Made by a program: the position numbers and the translations under genes. Shown here one piece after another: positions 38,947 to 51,655 of a stretch of 64,000 nt of DNA. The notes below the pieces were generated by a model that had not been told where the DNA came from, ran no database searches, and worked only from the letters and a program-made list of their open reading frames with translations. Positions within the stretch are counted from its first letter, which is position 1; the number at the start of each line of letters is the position of its first letter. Location of the stretch: NCBI GenBank assembly GCA_030704615.1, contig CM060731.1, forward strand, positions 65,162,001 to 65,226,000, in the 5' to 3' direction. This DNA comes from Takakia lepidozioides. Taxonomy: Eukaryota; Plantae; Bryophyta.

Positions 38947-38980
38947 TGGGGACATCAACCTTGGAGCGTGGGGGAGGAAA

Positions 38981-40644
38981 TGCATGCTTAGCCCGGCTTA
39001 GCTAGCTCAGGAATCCGATTGCAAAAAACTTGTATTGTACAAAAATTTGTTATAAAGGAAAATGGGTTCCAAATGTTGTGCGTCCTATTTTGTTTGGAAT
39101 GGTGATGCATGGTGTGGTTGGCTAGTGTGTAGAATGCATGCTAGCTTACAAAAGTGGGAGAGGTAAATTGGGTTAATCGTGTGTTTGCGCAGTGCCGAAA
39201 TCGGGTGACTCCCATCCAAGGGGCAAGGAAACATGCGCCTTCTTTGGGAGTTCACGTGCTAGTGCGCACCTGGCGCGTGCGCGTACTATAACTGCGCTAC
39301 CGAGGGGGTTGCCTTGTAGTGCAGGCTAACGCGGAAGCTACGTGCTTCCGTTCACGTACTATAATCGTGTAGCCTCGGGACGAAGTCGTAGTGCGGCTTC
39401 GGCGTGTTCCTGTACCTCAGGCCAGCATTCCAAGGCGGACCCAATTGTAGTGATTGGGGTGCACGGTTGGTTCAAGGTTATCTTCCTAGTCAAAGAGGGT
39501 TCGAGGTAAACCCTTGCTCAAGGTGATGCCAAAAGTGGCATCATGAGCGGTCGCAAGCAATGTTGTTGCAGTAAGACAATTTGATTCTCGGGGAGGATCA
39601 TTCCTTGGTTGAAGTAGGTCAAGAAGAGTGCACTGGGAGGAGCTTGAGAGGCTCCACCCTTGGCCGGGACTTGGAGGAAGTCGGCCGAACTAGCTAGTGG
39701 AGAGTAGAGTCAAGTGTGGGGTTTGGTTCTTTGCCATGGGACCCATGGTGCGGAAACAACTCCTTGATGTGGGACGCCACAACTTGGATGTTCGTTTCTA
39801 CAAAATGGACAAGTCGATGAGGACATCGACTCCCTGTTGGTAGGGGTGTGTGTCGCGGCCCTTTGCCTTGAGGGCAGGGGGTCGGGACACAGGAGGGGCT
39901 GCCCCTGTGGTGGGGGCAGTAGCAGCGATAGAAACGGGGGCTGAAGCACCCTAGAGTGCCCAAGGCACTCAAGGAGGCGGAGGCGCTCACTAGGTGGAGC
40001 CCCGCACACCGGGTTGCGGTGGGGGTGGCTCCACAAGGGGTGGTGGTAGCTTAGCGGGACTTAGTGGGGGTGGCATAGGACTCACCATGGGGCGGAGATC
40101 TTGTGGTGGGAATCATGGGGTTTAGGGTTTACTCACAAGTTTAGGTAGACTCACCATGAGGTGGAGACCTCGAGGTGGGAGTCGTGGGGAGTCTTGGGAC
40201 TCATCACGGTCCAATGGGGCCGCGGTGAGTGGGCCAAGACTCACCGTGACTCATCACCGAGAATCGAGGGTCTTCGTGGTGGTTCGCCATAAAATGGCAT
40301 GGTTGTTTGTGAAACCCCCGCGGACAGCTACAGAAGTATATATAGGGAGTAGTAACCCCGAGAACGGTGCAAGCCCGTTGGTGACCAAAAACTAGTGAGT
40401 AAGCGAGCGAGCCGGAAAACGACCAAAGAGTGGGGAGCTGTTCCGGACTGCCAACTACCAAAGGGAATTCCCGCTGGTTCCAAAGCGGTGGAGGGTTCTT
40501 TGGGAGAACAAAGGGGGACCGTTATGCCCCGGTGAGCAGCTGAAGCTCCAAGTTGGCCCGGCGGCCAGGTTGGGAGTTAGGCGCGTGCATCAAAGCGAGT
40601 AACTATGACTTGAGGGGGAGCTTACCGAAGTGAGGTGCGCGACA
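38981..40644 (+). mobile_element. 3' LTR of chromovirus family C
   Basis: TGCATGC...GCGCGACA follows the PPT. TATA-like TATATATAG near 40337. Homologous (inverted) to 42988-43713 and 63142-64000. Confidence 0.85.
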
Positions 40645-42986
40645 CACAAAGTCATCCAACCACTCCTGAAAAAGGCTGTTCATCAGCGTGCTAAAGGTTG
40701 CGGGTGCATTGGTGAGCCCAAAAGGCATCACCAAGAACTCATATGAACCATACCTTGTCCTGCACGCGGTCTTCTCCTCAACTCCTTCCGCCACCCGAAT
40801 TTGATGATAGCCGGAGCGCAAGTCGATCCGGCTGAAATACTTCGCTCCTGCCAACCGATCGAAGAGGTCGTTGATCCTTGGCAAAGGGTACCGGTTTTTG
40901 ATAGTCACCTTATTCAGAGCCCTGTAATCGACACACATCCGCAGCGTCCCATCCTTTTTATCTGCAAATAGCACCGGGGCTCCGTAAGGTGACTTACTCG
41001 ACCGGATGTACCCCTTTGACATTAGATCTTTGAGCTGAGTCTTCAGCTCGACCAACTCTCTGTGGCTCAACCGGTAGGGCGCCTTGGCAGGCGGTTCCGA
41101 TCCCGGTATCACCTCAATTTTGTGGTCATTCCTCTTCGCGGTGGCAAACCGCTTGGTAAATCCTCCGGCATCACATCCTGGTATTTCTCCAAAATCCCCT
41201 TGATCCAATCTAGGCTCGGCTCCCCATCACCTTCCCCCTTCACTTCTCTAATGTAGAGCAAAAACTGGGGTTCGTGTACCTCCTCCACGGCCCACTCCCT
41301 TGCTGACAGAAGGTTTACTCGCCCTCCCACGGGTTTGGGCGTTTCTGTCACTCGTAAGACCTCGCCACCATTCCCACATGGCAGTGTGACTACTCTCTTG
41401 CGGCCATCTATGACCACTCCGGATTTGCTCAAAAATGTCATCCCCAAAATGAGATCCACTCCATCGATCTCGCAGATGGTGAAGTTCTCACGTCCCTCTC
41501 AACTCCCCAATTGAAGAGGAACATCAAACGCCAACCTTGTCGCCAGTTGTGGTTCTCCTTTGGCAGAACACACCTCAATAGAGGCCCCCACGTCACTTGT
41601 CGGGAGTCCCAACTTTTGCGCCGCTGCCGGCGTCATGAAGGAGTGCGACGCTCCTGTGTCCACCAACAACGACACATTAGTTCCGGATATTATCCCATCC
41701 ACAAACAATAACCGACTCCCTTTACGTAGGGCGCCAGTTTCCTGATACAACTCACAAGAATAGTTGCCTACCTTGCAAGTCCTGGCGACCACCGCTTCCA
41801 CCAAGCGACTGATGGTATCTTCCGACAGCTCCGTGGTTGCCCGAGTCATGTTCAATTGTCGAGGTTTCGTGCACTTCTTGGCCATGTGCCCGGGCTCCCC
41901 ACAATTGAAACACACTCCATCAAAGGTGGTCTTCTGTCCGCCATAAGCCGCTCCACCCGCTTTTTCTTTCGAAGCACCGAGTACCGCCTTGACGTGCGAA
42001 GGCCCTCCCTTTGATTTCCACGTGCCATTGTCGCCGCGTGGCCTATCCCACTTCTTTTCCGGTCGGAAGGAGTCACCTTCCCGCCGGGTCTTCTTATGGA
42101 TCAGCTCCGTACGGCCTTGTCTTTCACCCCTAGGGACATCCGAGAAACTTTCAGCCCTCTCAATTGCCTCATTCAAAGTCTTAGGTGGCTTCTCCTCCAA
42201 CTGCCGCCTGGCCCATGGGGCCAGTCCCGCCACAAAGTTGAAGACCATTTCAGGTTCTGCCATGTCCACGACTTCGAGCAAAAGCACATTGAAAGCCTGG
42301 ACATATCCCCGAATGTCATCTGTTTGCTTCAAATTCCTCATCTTGTTCCGGGCAAGCCAGGACGCGTTGAGGGGCACAAACTGTCTCTTCATCAATTCCT
42401 TGAACCCACTCCAGTTCAAGGTTTCCGGGCTTGGACCTCGGTCGTGAAGGCGTTTCTGCCACCATTGTTGAGCATAGCCCCTCAAATAGGTGGGAGCCAC
42501 TTCCACCCAATCCTCATCACTCAACTTGGCCGCCCGGAAGTACTGCTCTAGCTCCAGGAGCCAGGTGTTAAGTGCCTTCCGATTTCGGACGCCCTCGAAG
42601 GTGCCGGGTTCCTTAGGCTTCACCTTAAACTTTGCCATAGTGGAAGTGGCATTAGCCGCCTTCAACACGTCTTTCAGCGTCCCGCCAAACTGCGCCAACA
42701 ACCCTTCCCAAAAGGCTGCCGGCATGGGAGGCATCTGTTGGTTGGTCGGAGCTCTCAAGGATTCCTCGGGCTCTGACTCCTCGGATTCCTCCCGCTCTTG
42801 AGCGGCCTCGTTTTCGGAAACATGCATCGCTTCCTCAAACGGCCGCCTCGGTGACACGTCGCCCCCATCGGGCTCACCAGGATCATCATATTTTGGGCCG
42901 TTCCGCTTTCGCTTTGGCTTGCCCGACCCCATGATGAGGCCAATCCCAAGGACGATCACGTACTGAACTCTAAGCTCTGATACCAA
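40645..42986 (-). mobile_element. Chromovirus family C gag-protease-RT (interrupted in RT)
   Basis: [47 protein letters not shown]. tRNA-Met PBS TGGTATCAGAGC at 42985-42974. Confidence 0.95.
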
Positions 42987-42987
42987 G

Positions 42988-43713
42988 TGTCGCGCACCTC
43001 ACTTCGGTAAGCTCCCCTTCAAGTCATAGTTACTCGCATTGATGCACACGCCTAACTCCCAACCTGGCCGCCAGGCCAACTAGGAGCTTCAGCTGCTCAC
43101 CGGGGCATAACGGTCCCCCTTTGATCTCCCAAAGAACCCTCCACCGATTTGGAACCAGCGGGAATTCCCTTTGGTAGTTGGCAGTCTGGAACAGCTCCCC
43201 ACTTTTTGGTCGCTTTCTGGCTCGCTCGCTTACTCACTAGTTTTTGGTCACCAACGGGCTTGCACCGTTCTCGGGGTTACTTCTCCCTATATATACTTTT
43301 GTAGCTGTCCGCGGGGGTTTCACAAACAACCATGCCATTTTATGGCGAACCACCACGAAAACCCTCGACTCCCGGTGATGAGTCGCGGTGAGTCTTGGCC
43401 CACCTACCACGGCCCCTATGGACCGTGATGAGTCCCAAGACTCCCCACGACTCCCACCACGAGGTCTCCGCCCCAAGGTGAGTCCTATGTCACCCCCACT
43501 AAGTCCCGCTAAGCTACCACCACCCCTTTGTGGAGCCACCCCCACCGCATCCCGGTGTGCGGGGCTCCACCTAGTGAGCACCTCCGCCTCCTTGAGTGCC
43601 TTGGGCACTCAAGGGTGCTTCAGCCCCCCGTACCTATGGCTGCCACTGCCCCCACCACAAGGGCAGCCCCTCATGTGTCTCGACCCCCTGCCCTCAAGGC
43701 AGAGGGCCGTGAC
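42988..43713 (-). mobile_element. Truncated 5' LTR of chromovirus family C
   Basis: Ends GCGCGACA two nt before the PBS on the minus strand. Confidence 0.9.
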
Positions 43714-43940
43714 ATGGAAATTCGGCGCCGTTTTTCCATCCGGGGAGGTTTTTATGTCGGCCAGTTTTCGGCCTGACCCCCCGACACGACTTCCTTTGGG
43801 GGGGGGGGCAGATGGAAATTTGGCGCCGAATTTCCATCCGAGGGATGTTCTCTGTCGGACAGGTGCCGGCCTCTTCACCCGAGGCGACGTCATCCGGGCG
43901 GCCTCTGTTGGATATTCGGTGCCGAATTTCCATCCGGGGC
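43714..43940. repeat. Fragment of Mutator-like non-coding region, inverted relative to 49595-49820
   Basis: Reverse-complement match with ATGGAAATTCGGCGCCG motifs. Confidence 0.8.
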
Positions 43941-44881
43941 CGTCGCTTCTTCTCTGCCATCTGAATTGCATAGTCCTCTGCCATGTCAAAAGAGTCCGCT
44001 GAAGAAATAGTTGTATCAGAATCCTCGTCCCCCCTGAGGTGTTTTAACTGTCGAACTCTAACTGGAATTCTCTGGGGCATACAATGTTGTCCCACCATGT
44101 CTGGAAGTTTAAACTGTAAAACTTGTTGTAAGCGCTGAATCGCAAAATTGGTGAAGACCCTGAGCTCCTTGTCTGTCCAGGTGAGTGGGGTACCAATGAC
44201 TTGTGAATTGTGCAAGTATTTCCATGCCTCATGTCCCTTAAAGAAAATGTCGTCAGGGCCGAATTTATGTGTTGACGAATTGTTCCAGGCCGCATGAAAC
44301 CATGAACGAATTTGAGAATCCTTTTGCATCATAACTTTTGCCTCATATAGGTACATATGAGGTGGCACTGAAGGTAAGACCCAATGATCCCCACTGGAAT
44401 AACTCATAAAGCGCGTTTGCATCTTCTGCTGCTCAATGTGATAACGTACCAGAAAACAAGCAGCGTAGTATAACCCGCAGCCCATGACAATACTTGCTAC
44501 CTCTTTGGTCTTGGTATAAGTGAATCCATGTACAACTTGGAAGGCAATTAATTCCTTCAACATGGTACTTGCCTCATGCCAGTACTGTGCAAAGTGATGA
44601 TCCTCAATTGGTCGATTGTTCGGAAGAACTTTAGTCCTAGTGGCCACTGGCAGCCAGATGCGCATGATTTGATAGTAATGTGCCAATGACTGCGGAGGAC
44701 TAAATTCTTTCCAAGCCAAATCCAACACAATGAGAATTTGGTTGAAGGGCATAATCATAGCCCTACTATACTCCCGTGCAGCTGGAGTTTTAGGTGGGTT
44801 AAGCAGCATTCCCCCATACCTCAGGCTGTGGTGGTTGTGGTGTGGCTGTAGTAACAACAGGGTCAGCTACTGGCACAGTGA
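43941..44881 (-). mobile_element. Gypsy family A extension ORF fragment (A4)
   Basis: NPPKTPAAREYSRAMIMPFNQ...FKLPDMVGQHCMP, homologous to 14190-15090 and 62805-63140. Confidence 0.85.
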
Positions 44882-47800
44882 GGTTAGCTATTTCATGAGC
44901 ATGAGCGGCATGAGCGGAGTAGTAAGACAATCGGTTTTCATGAGCAGAAGTACAAATTTCGAAAATAAAAAAACAATTAAAAAACATTAATTTAATGCAA
45001 TGTGTCAGGAAAAAAAAAATATTATTCGGCCCCTTGAAGGGAAAATTGTAGTTTTGACAGTTGTGCTCATGATATTTCGTCTTCCGCTCATGCCAATTCC
45101 CAGCGACATGTGCAAATATGGCGCCGAATTTCGCGGTAATAGGGTCTGTAACCTGAAAAAACGTCGACGTATTTCACGGTGTTAGGTCTCTCTGGCAAAA
45201 AATGGTGCCGAATTCCGCGGCTATAGGTCCCCTCATGACAGGTAATTCGGCGCCATTTTTCGAGTGCATGTTCGGACTTAGCCAGTTTTCGGCACAAAAT
45301 AGGGAAATTCGGCGCCATTTTTCCAGACACTGTACCAGTGCATTTTGGGACTTAGCCAGTTTTCGGCCCAAAAAAGAGAAATTCGGCGCCATTTTTCCGG
45401 ACACGGTACCAGTGCATGTTGGGACTTAGCCAGTTTTCGGTCCAAAAAAGAGAAATTCGGCGCCATTTTCCCAGACACAGGTACCAGTGCATGTTGGGAC
45501 TTAGCCAGTTTTCGGCCCCAAAAAGAGAAATTCGGCGCCATTTTTCCAGAAATGGCCCCACAACTGCTTCTGTTGGATCTCAGTTTGAATGGAATATTGC
45601 CTCATTCCAGGAGTTTTGGGGTGCATTTCATTACACTGCAAAAAAAAATCTGATACAGCAAAATGCAATTGAAAATATCCATATGGAGGATTCCCTTTGC
45701 CCCATCAATGATTTCTGGAATCCCTAAGGAGGAGTTTGTGCAGCTCGTTCACGCTCAATGCCGGTGCATGAATAAAGTCATCAATAGTCACGTTCATCCT
45801 CAACCTCTTCAGGTAAATGTAATACAGATGCTTGCACGGATAATACTTCGAACCCTTCTTTGCTTCCATCAACGAGAAGTCCGTACAATTGCAAGTCGGC
45901 TCCACTCCAATCGTAATTGTGTATACATCGTCGCGTACAGCCGAGCCGGCCGTTGCCATCCGATACACACGCCCAAGGCCGGGTGGGGGTACGTCCACGG
46001 AGCTCTGAATAGTGCAAGTCATCCCAAGAGCATTGGCAATCCGAGTCTCATTCAACTTGTTGGGAGGGTGTCGTCTCTTCACTCTTCCGAATCGCATTGT
46101 GGGATGTGCAGAATTGTCCAATCCGTCTCTATTGGACCGAGCAGTCTGCAATGGCTGGGTCTGAGGAACCAGAAATGCGTGGGCCGGGATGTCTGTGCGT
46201 TGCACCATTCGAAATCCTGCTGCAGATAGAGCATCCGCCTCATTCTGAGAGAGGCTGCAACCCGGTGCAACAGGCCAGACGCCCGGAGGCTCCGGCATTC
46301 CCTGAATCCCGTACTTGGGCTTGCCAAATACACAGGTCATTATGTCGTGCCTACAGAACCAAAATGTCTGCGTTGTGGCGTGAGCAAATGTGCGAGTCAA
46401 AAATCTGCTGCTAAAACAAGGTGCAGGTACAGCACCGTGTGGGTTCTTCCGAATCATCTCACCACAGCGTGCTCTTGTATCCACCGGGATGGCGCAGCAC
46501 TTCCCTCGAAATGCCGGCAATGTCCTCGCAATTCTCCACTGTGACTCCGACACTCTTGTCTCCACAATGGGAATGTTGTACTGCTTTCCTACAGATGGCT
46601 CGTTATGTTGCCGGGGCACGCGCCCTGTGCTAAAAGGAGATGGCGATCTTGAACGTGCAGGACTTGCGGTGCTCGACGAGACCTCCTCGGGCAACATCAC
46701 CGGACCACAAGGGAGCGTGCGAATATTCTTGTCAGCTCGCCATGAATCCTCTTCTCCGCCAGGTGCCTCGTCAAGTCTTCGTCTCACTGGATGGGTATGA
46801 ACATCTCCTTCCAAATGTTGGCCTCTTCGAAGCAATGACGTGTCCCGAAGGCCCTCTCGCAAGGCCGCCGCCCACTTCCGAGGATTCTTGGATCTAGAGG
46901 CAGTCCACATCAGCATTTCTTGCCTGTCGGGCCCCAAGCCCCACTGTTTCCCTTTCAAGAACTCGTTGTACCTGCATTGCTGCATAATTGACCTCACAAT
47001 GTCCTCCGTTGTGGCAGTGAGGATGTCCACCAGATGCGCCGCAGAGGAGGCACGCCAGGAAGAGTGCACTGATTCGGCCATGTTTGTCGTGGGCATGTCG
47101 GTGTCGGAGTCGAGACACATTTCCTGCATAAGCACATGTTGAGGTTACACGCAAGTTACAAATATGGCCAAGAATAATATTCAACGGGACGCGAATTCGT
47201 GCAACTCACCTCCCGCATATAGTCGCCGAACTGGAGGAAACGATAATGCCACCATGCTAGCCAACTGACCATTGCTCCCTCGTCTGATTTCCTTACAGCA
47301 CCTGACGATGTCCACCAAGCCAGTATACATGCAAACTGTGTCTCTGCATCATCCAAGGTGGGAGCGCGTTTCCACGCAAGGCACATGGAACGGTGCTCCT
47401 CTCTGAAATCTGGCGCCACGAGCCTGGTTGTGTACTGCGAAAGGCTCTGCAAAAATGGAACCCACAAGATCTCTCCTTGCCTTCCATGGGAACATTGGGG
47501 TCTTGCCCGTACACCCTTCGGATGGCAGCCCAATTTGCTTGTGCGTTGTCCGCCATGAAACCACGGAAATTGGGAGGGGGCAATCCCGCCTTGGCCATCT
47601 GTTCGTTTATTCCCTGCCAAAGAAGCATCTCCGATTGTGTGTCCTCTCCTTTCATCTCACAAATAGCAATTGTCATTAGCATCCTGCAGTGGGTGTCGTA
47701 GACATGTGCACCCATTGTCACCCACTGGTGATTTGTAATTCGCTTGATATGGTCAAACATGACCCAACTGATTGACAAGTCCCCACTCGTCATCCTGTCG

Positions 47801-50040
47801 ACCAGTTCGACGCCGCTGCCAGGTCCACACGTGGACATTTTGAATACGAAACAACGATCTGCCTCAGTCCCTTGTCTGGAAACCTACTTCCATGAATGTA
47901 GTCATATCCACACCGTCGCTTCACCTCCAGAATGGAGTGCATATCCGAGCCACGCCCAATTTTCTGTTTGCATGAGACAATGTGGTTTCGGACATTCGGT
48001 GAACATACGTGGGACACCGACTCCAGCAATGCCTCCATTTCCTTCTCGTCGAGAGGAACTCTATCGGAGCCGTCTTCCGACATAATTCTGGCCAATGCCA
48101 TCTTATGGGCGGCTTGGAGCTGTATCTGTTTGGGTTTGGCACCCGGTCTCAACTTAACCTCCTCCTGAACAAGTTGCTCTGCCTCGTGGGCAGCCTCCCG
48201 CGAGTTTCCCCTCGCCAATTTGTGACAATGGGAACCAACGTGTATGCAAGCTCGGGTGAGGTCAGGGAAACGGTGCAACACATAGAACTGCTTGGCATTA
48301 CAAACAGACATGCAGTGTGGTGGTTCTTTGCAATGCGCACACTTAAATGTGGAGTTCGGAACCTTCTCCTGAGCTCGAAATGGTTGATGATCTGTGCCTG
48401 TCCAATCGGTCTCGTTCCTGTGACCTCTGGATTTAAAGTGGAAGCAAGTTGGGGAGAAACACCGCAACGCGCCCGCACAAACAACGTAGCGCACCCGCAC
48501 ACCATCGAGCATCTTCATGCTGGTGGTTTTGGTAACGCACCAAGGAGGACCGTCATGTTTTTCTATCCATATCTGTCAACATTCCGGACGCCCTCAAGTA
48601 GTCCGCCCGAGGAGGGAACTCAAAGAAGATATTACCGTCGACGTCGGCGGGAAGGCATGTAACCGATTTAATTGCGAACTTGCTGTAGTCCAGCCCGGCC
48701 AGCTCCGACCGGTGTCCCTCCAGGTGAAGCCCTCGCAGAATTTCAAGAATAGATCGAACTGCGGTGCTCGTGCTAGGAATATGACTCCCTCCTCCACTGA
48801 CGCCTATTGAGGACTTGCCTGATCTCCAGGACGACCTCGGAACTTCCATGACCTCGTTTGAGTCGGACAGGTTGTGAACAACCCGGTTCTCGCTCGTCTT
48901 CATGGATGGGTTTGGCTCTGGATTTACTTCGTTGCGGACTTCTCTCTTTGAGGTAGCCACTCTCTGATTCGCGGATTGTTTCGTGGAAGGCGCCAGGATA
49001 GAAGGTGCATTTGACGGGCAAATGAAGTCCCCAACAGCCCTGTATATGACGCTGTCCGATGGTGGAACTCGCCATTCCCTGCCATCGCCGAAATCATCGT
49101 GGAGCACAACAATACTCTCGACAACAAGGTCGTTTGAGTCCTTCATTTCCTCCTCCAAAAAAACCAACCCCGGTTTCAGGTGGTATCGAACACACAGATA
49201 TTTCTCCATCACCCGGCAGATGTCCCCTCTGCACGGAAATGAAGCTCTATGCTCGTGAGAAGGGCAGTACACTGTAGCGCTCGGGTTTTCCGCCATGGGA
49301 GATATGCACACAAGACTGCCAAGATGGCGTGCGGGGAAGCTCCCTGGTAGAAGGGGGATGCAGCGATGGGAAGGAATGCGGTGCCGATTTGTCCGAGCGA
49401 CAAAGCCTGATCCAAATCCAGGGAGCCAACTATCTCAAAAATCCACAATCAGAGTGTTAATGAACCTTGTCTCCGGAATGCGGCCCCTGGTCTTCGCGCA
49501 ATAACTGCCAACGGTATGCAGTCAGAAAGTGGGGGGCCGACCGGATGATGTCGGCTGAAGGGGAGAAGCCGGCACCGTGCCGTCACATTACTACCCCCGA
49601 ATGGAAATTCGGCACCCAATATCCAACAGCGGCCGCACGGATGAAGTTGTCTGGGGCAGAGATGTCGGCACCTGTCCGACAGAGAACATCCCTCGGATGG
49701 AAATTCAGCGCCGAATTTCCATTCGGATCCCCCCAAAGGAAGTCCTGTCGGGGGGTCAGGCCGAAAACTGGCCGACATAAAAACCTCCGCGGATGGAAAA
49801 ACGGCGCCGAATTTCCATCCGAGGCCTTTCGGATGCAGTCGGCTCGGGGGAAAGGCCGTTGTAGTGTGAATGCAGGGGAGTGACATTACATCTTTAATTT
49901 ACCGTTAAGACCTACATCACATAATAGGAGTGCCCGTTATCCCAACTGCAGGAGGGATGTATCCCTGCATGCAGGTAATTTCATGGGCACACTGAGCTTA
50001 TGCTTTGCCAGGAGAAAAAATGGCTAAGTCATGACAGTGC
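44882..50040 (-). mobile_element. Second Mutator-like element (B2); transposase 49296-45705, frameshifted
   Basis: TIR GGTTAGCTATTTCATGAGC at 44882. A ~74-bp tandem array lies at 45240-45550. It has the same MFDH/FMAD/CGFH/TTNMAES/SWIM motifs as B1. The other end was not found. Confidence 0.8.
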
Positions 50041-51339
50041 GTATTTTCATCCATGCGATGAACGTTTTCATCACTGGTGCTTAACCTAAAATCACGGGTT
50101 GAGAAAAACAAAGAGGAAGATGACGGGTGACTCGTAGCAGCTGCTGCGAGCAGTGGTGTTGGCAGGGCAGCCTGTTGTTGGGAGGTTGTACCTATGCTGT
50201 GGGATTTTGCTTGGTTTAGGAAGCGGCATTAAGTGCCTCTGCTTGGTATTCTGTGTAAAGGGAAGCGGTGCCGCCTCTCTCGGAGTGATGATCAATTCCA
50301 GGAGATAGGAGCATGTAAGGAGAGCGGCGCACCACCGCTGCCGCCATTGCCTTGAAGATGACAGTTATGGGCAGATGAGCAAGCAAGGAAAACGGCCAGC
50401 TGCTGGAAGCACAAGGAAGAGAGTCTGGGCACAATTAATGGGGGGGATAAAACATGTGGAGTGTTGGCTGTATGGCATCTCACGTTCTCTGTCATCAAGC
50501 TTCTAGCTGCTTTTGTGTCTTCTTGTTATAGGACCAAGTCGATTCGTAAGAAGGAATTGCATAGAGCAATTTAGTGGGCAAGCCACAGGATGTTCCAAGG
50601 GATGAAGAGGAGCCATCATGGCATGATAAAGACTAGAATCAAGACAAGGAGAGAAGGTTGAAGTGGCTGTTGACAGGCGATGGCGAGGTGCCACCTTGAC
50701 AGGCAGACCCACCGCTTCACTAGAGGATAAAAACAGATAAGTCTGTGGACTGTGGGCCTTTTTTGGTGGAAACTTAGAAATTGCTTTTGGTAGATTTAGG
50801 ACTGCATCTTGGTAGAAGAGAAAAGGTGGAGACATGTGATAGAGGAAAAGGTTTTTGGAAATGGAATGGAGACTCTGGACTTCAAACCAGAACATGGAAA
50901 GGATGGATGCACCTGATGTTGTGGTGTCAGTAAGAGAAATGAGTGAAGAGAGAGAGAGAGAGAGAGACTGTTTGTCACTGAAATCAGAATGGTCACTGTT
51001 GTCTTCATATTTGAATCTTGTTTCACTGCTTGCATCACAGAAAAGATCACGCCAACACTGTTGGCGCCGTGATCATAGGGCCAGGCTGTTGTATAGAAGT
51101 AGAACCGAGAGCAACAACAATTCAAAAACTTCCCATCCATGTCTTCTCTTCCGCTGCGGCGTGGATGAGGATTCCGTAAACTCTGATCACGAACGAACTT
51201 GAAGGAAAACCCATATAGTCGTGTGACGATGGTTGGACAGAGTAAGAACGCTCCTTTCCTTTGCTGGGCACAATCAACTGGGGGGAGGGGAGGACCACAG
51301 CTTTAGGATTAACCAGAAGGGGATTCACGCCCCTTCTTT

Positions 51340-51655
51340 TGGTATCAGAGCTTCGTTAAATCTTGATTTCTACTAGCTAGGGATCTTGACTGGTAATGGA
51401 TGGTTTGATGGCAGGCAGAGACCACACACTAATTTCTGATGAACCAAGCATTGGAGATGTACTGATTTGCTTCAGCAGACGCACACCAAATGCCCACGCA
51501 GACCCTTGTTTGTACTTCTTCAACCCTGCTTGGAGAATAGCTAATGGTGATTTATGTCTTAGAGTGATACATACTGGTGGAAGAACAACCATAGCACTTT
51601 GGATAAGAGAGTTAGGAAGGTGGGAGAAGATAAATACCATGGCACGAGAGGTGAC
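51340..51655 (+). mobile_element. tRNA-Met PBS and start of an ORF of an unclassified reverse-transcribing element
   Basis: TGGTATCAGAGC at 51340-51351. The ORF from 51396 is cut by the family A LTR at 51656. Confidence 0.5.

Noticed and set aside
39694-40461. Recurrent short ORFs in family C LTRs (also 43171-43608 and 63302-63725)
   Set aside because: They recur only because the LTRs are copies. They are GC-rich open frames with inconsistent ends.
43694-44857. 387-aa ORF as a novel gene
   Set aside because: It is a chimera of a Gypsy extension fragment with transposon non-coding repeat and LTR sequence.
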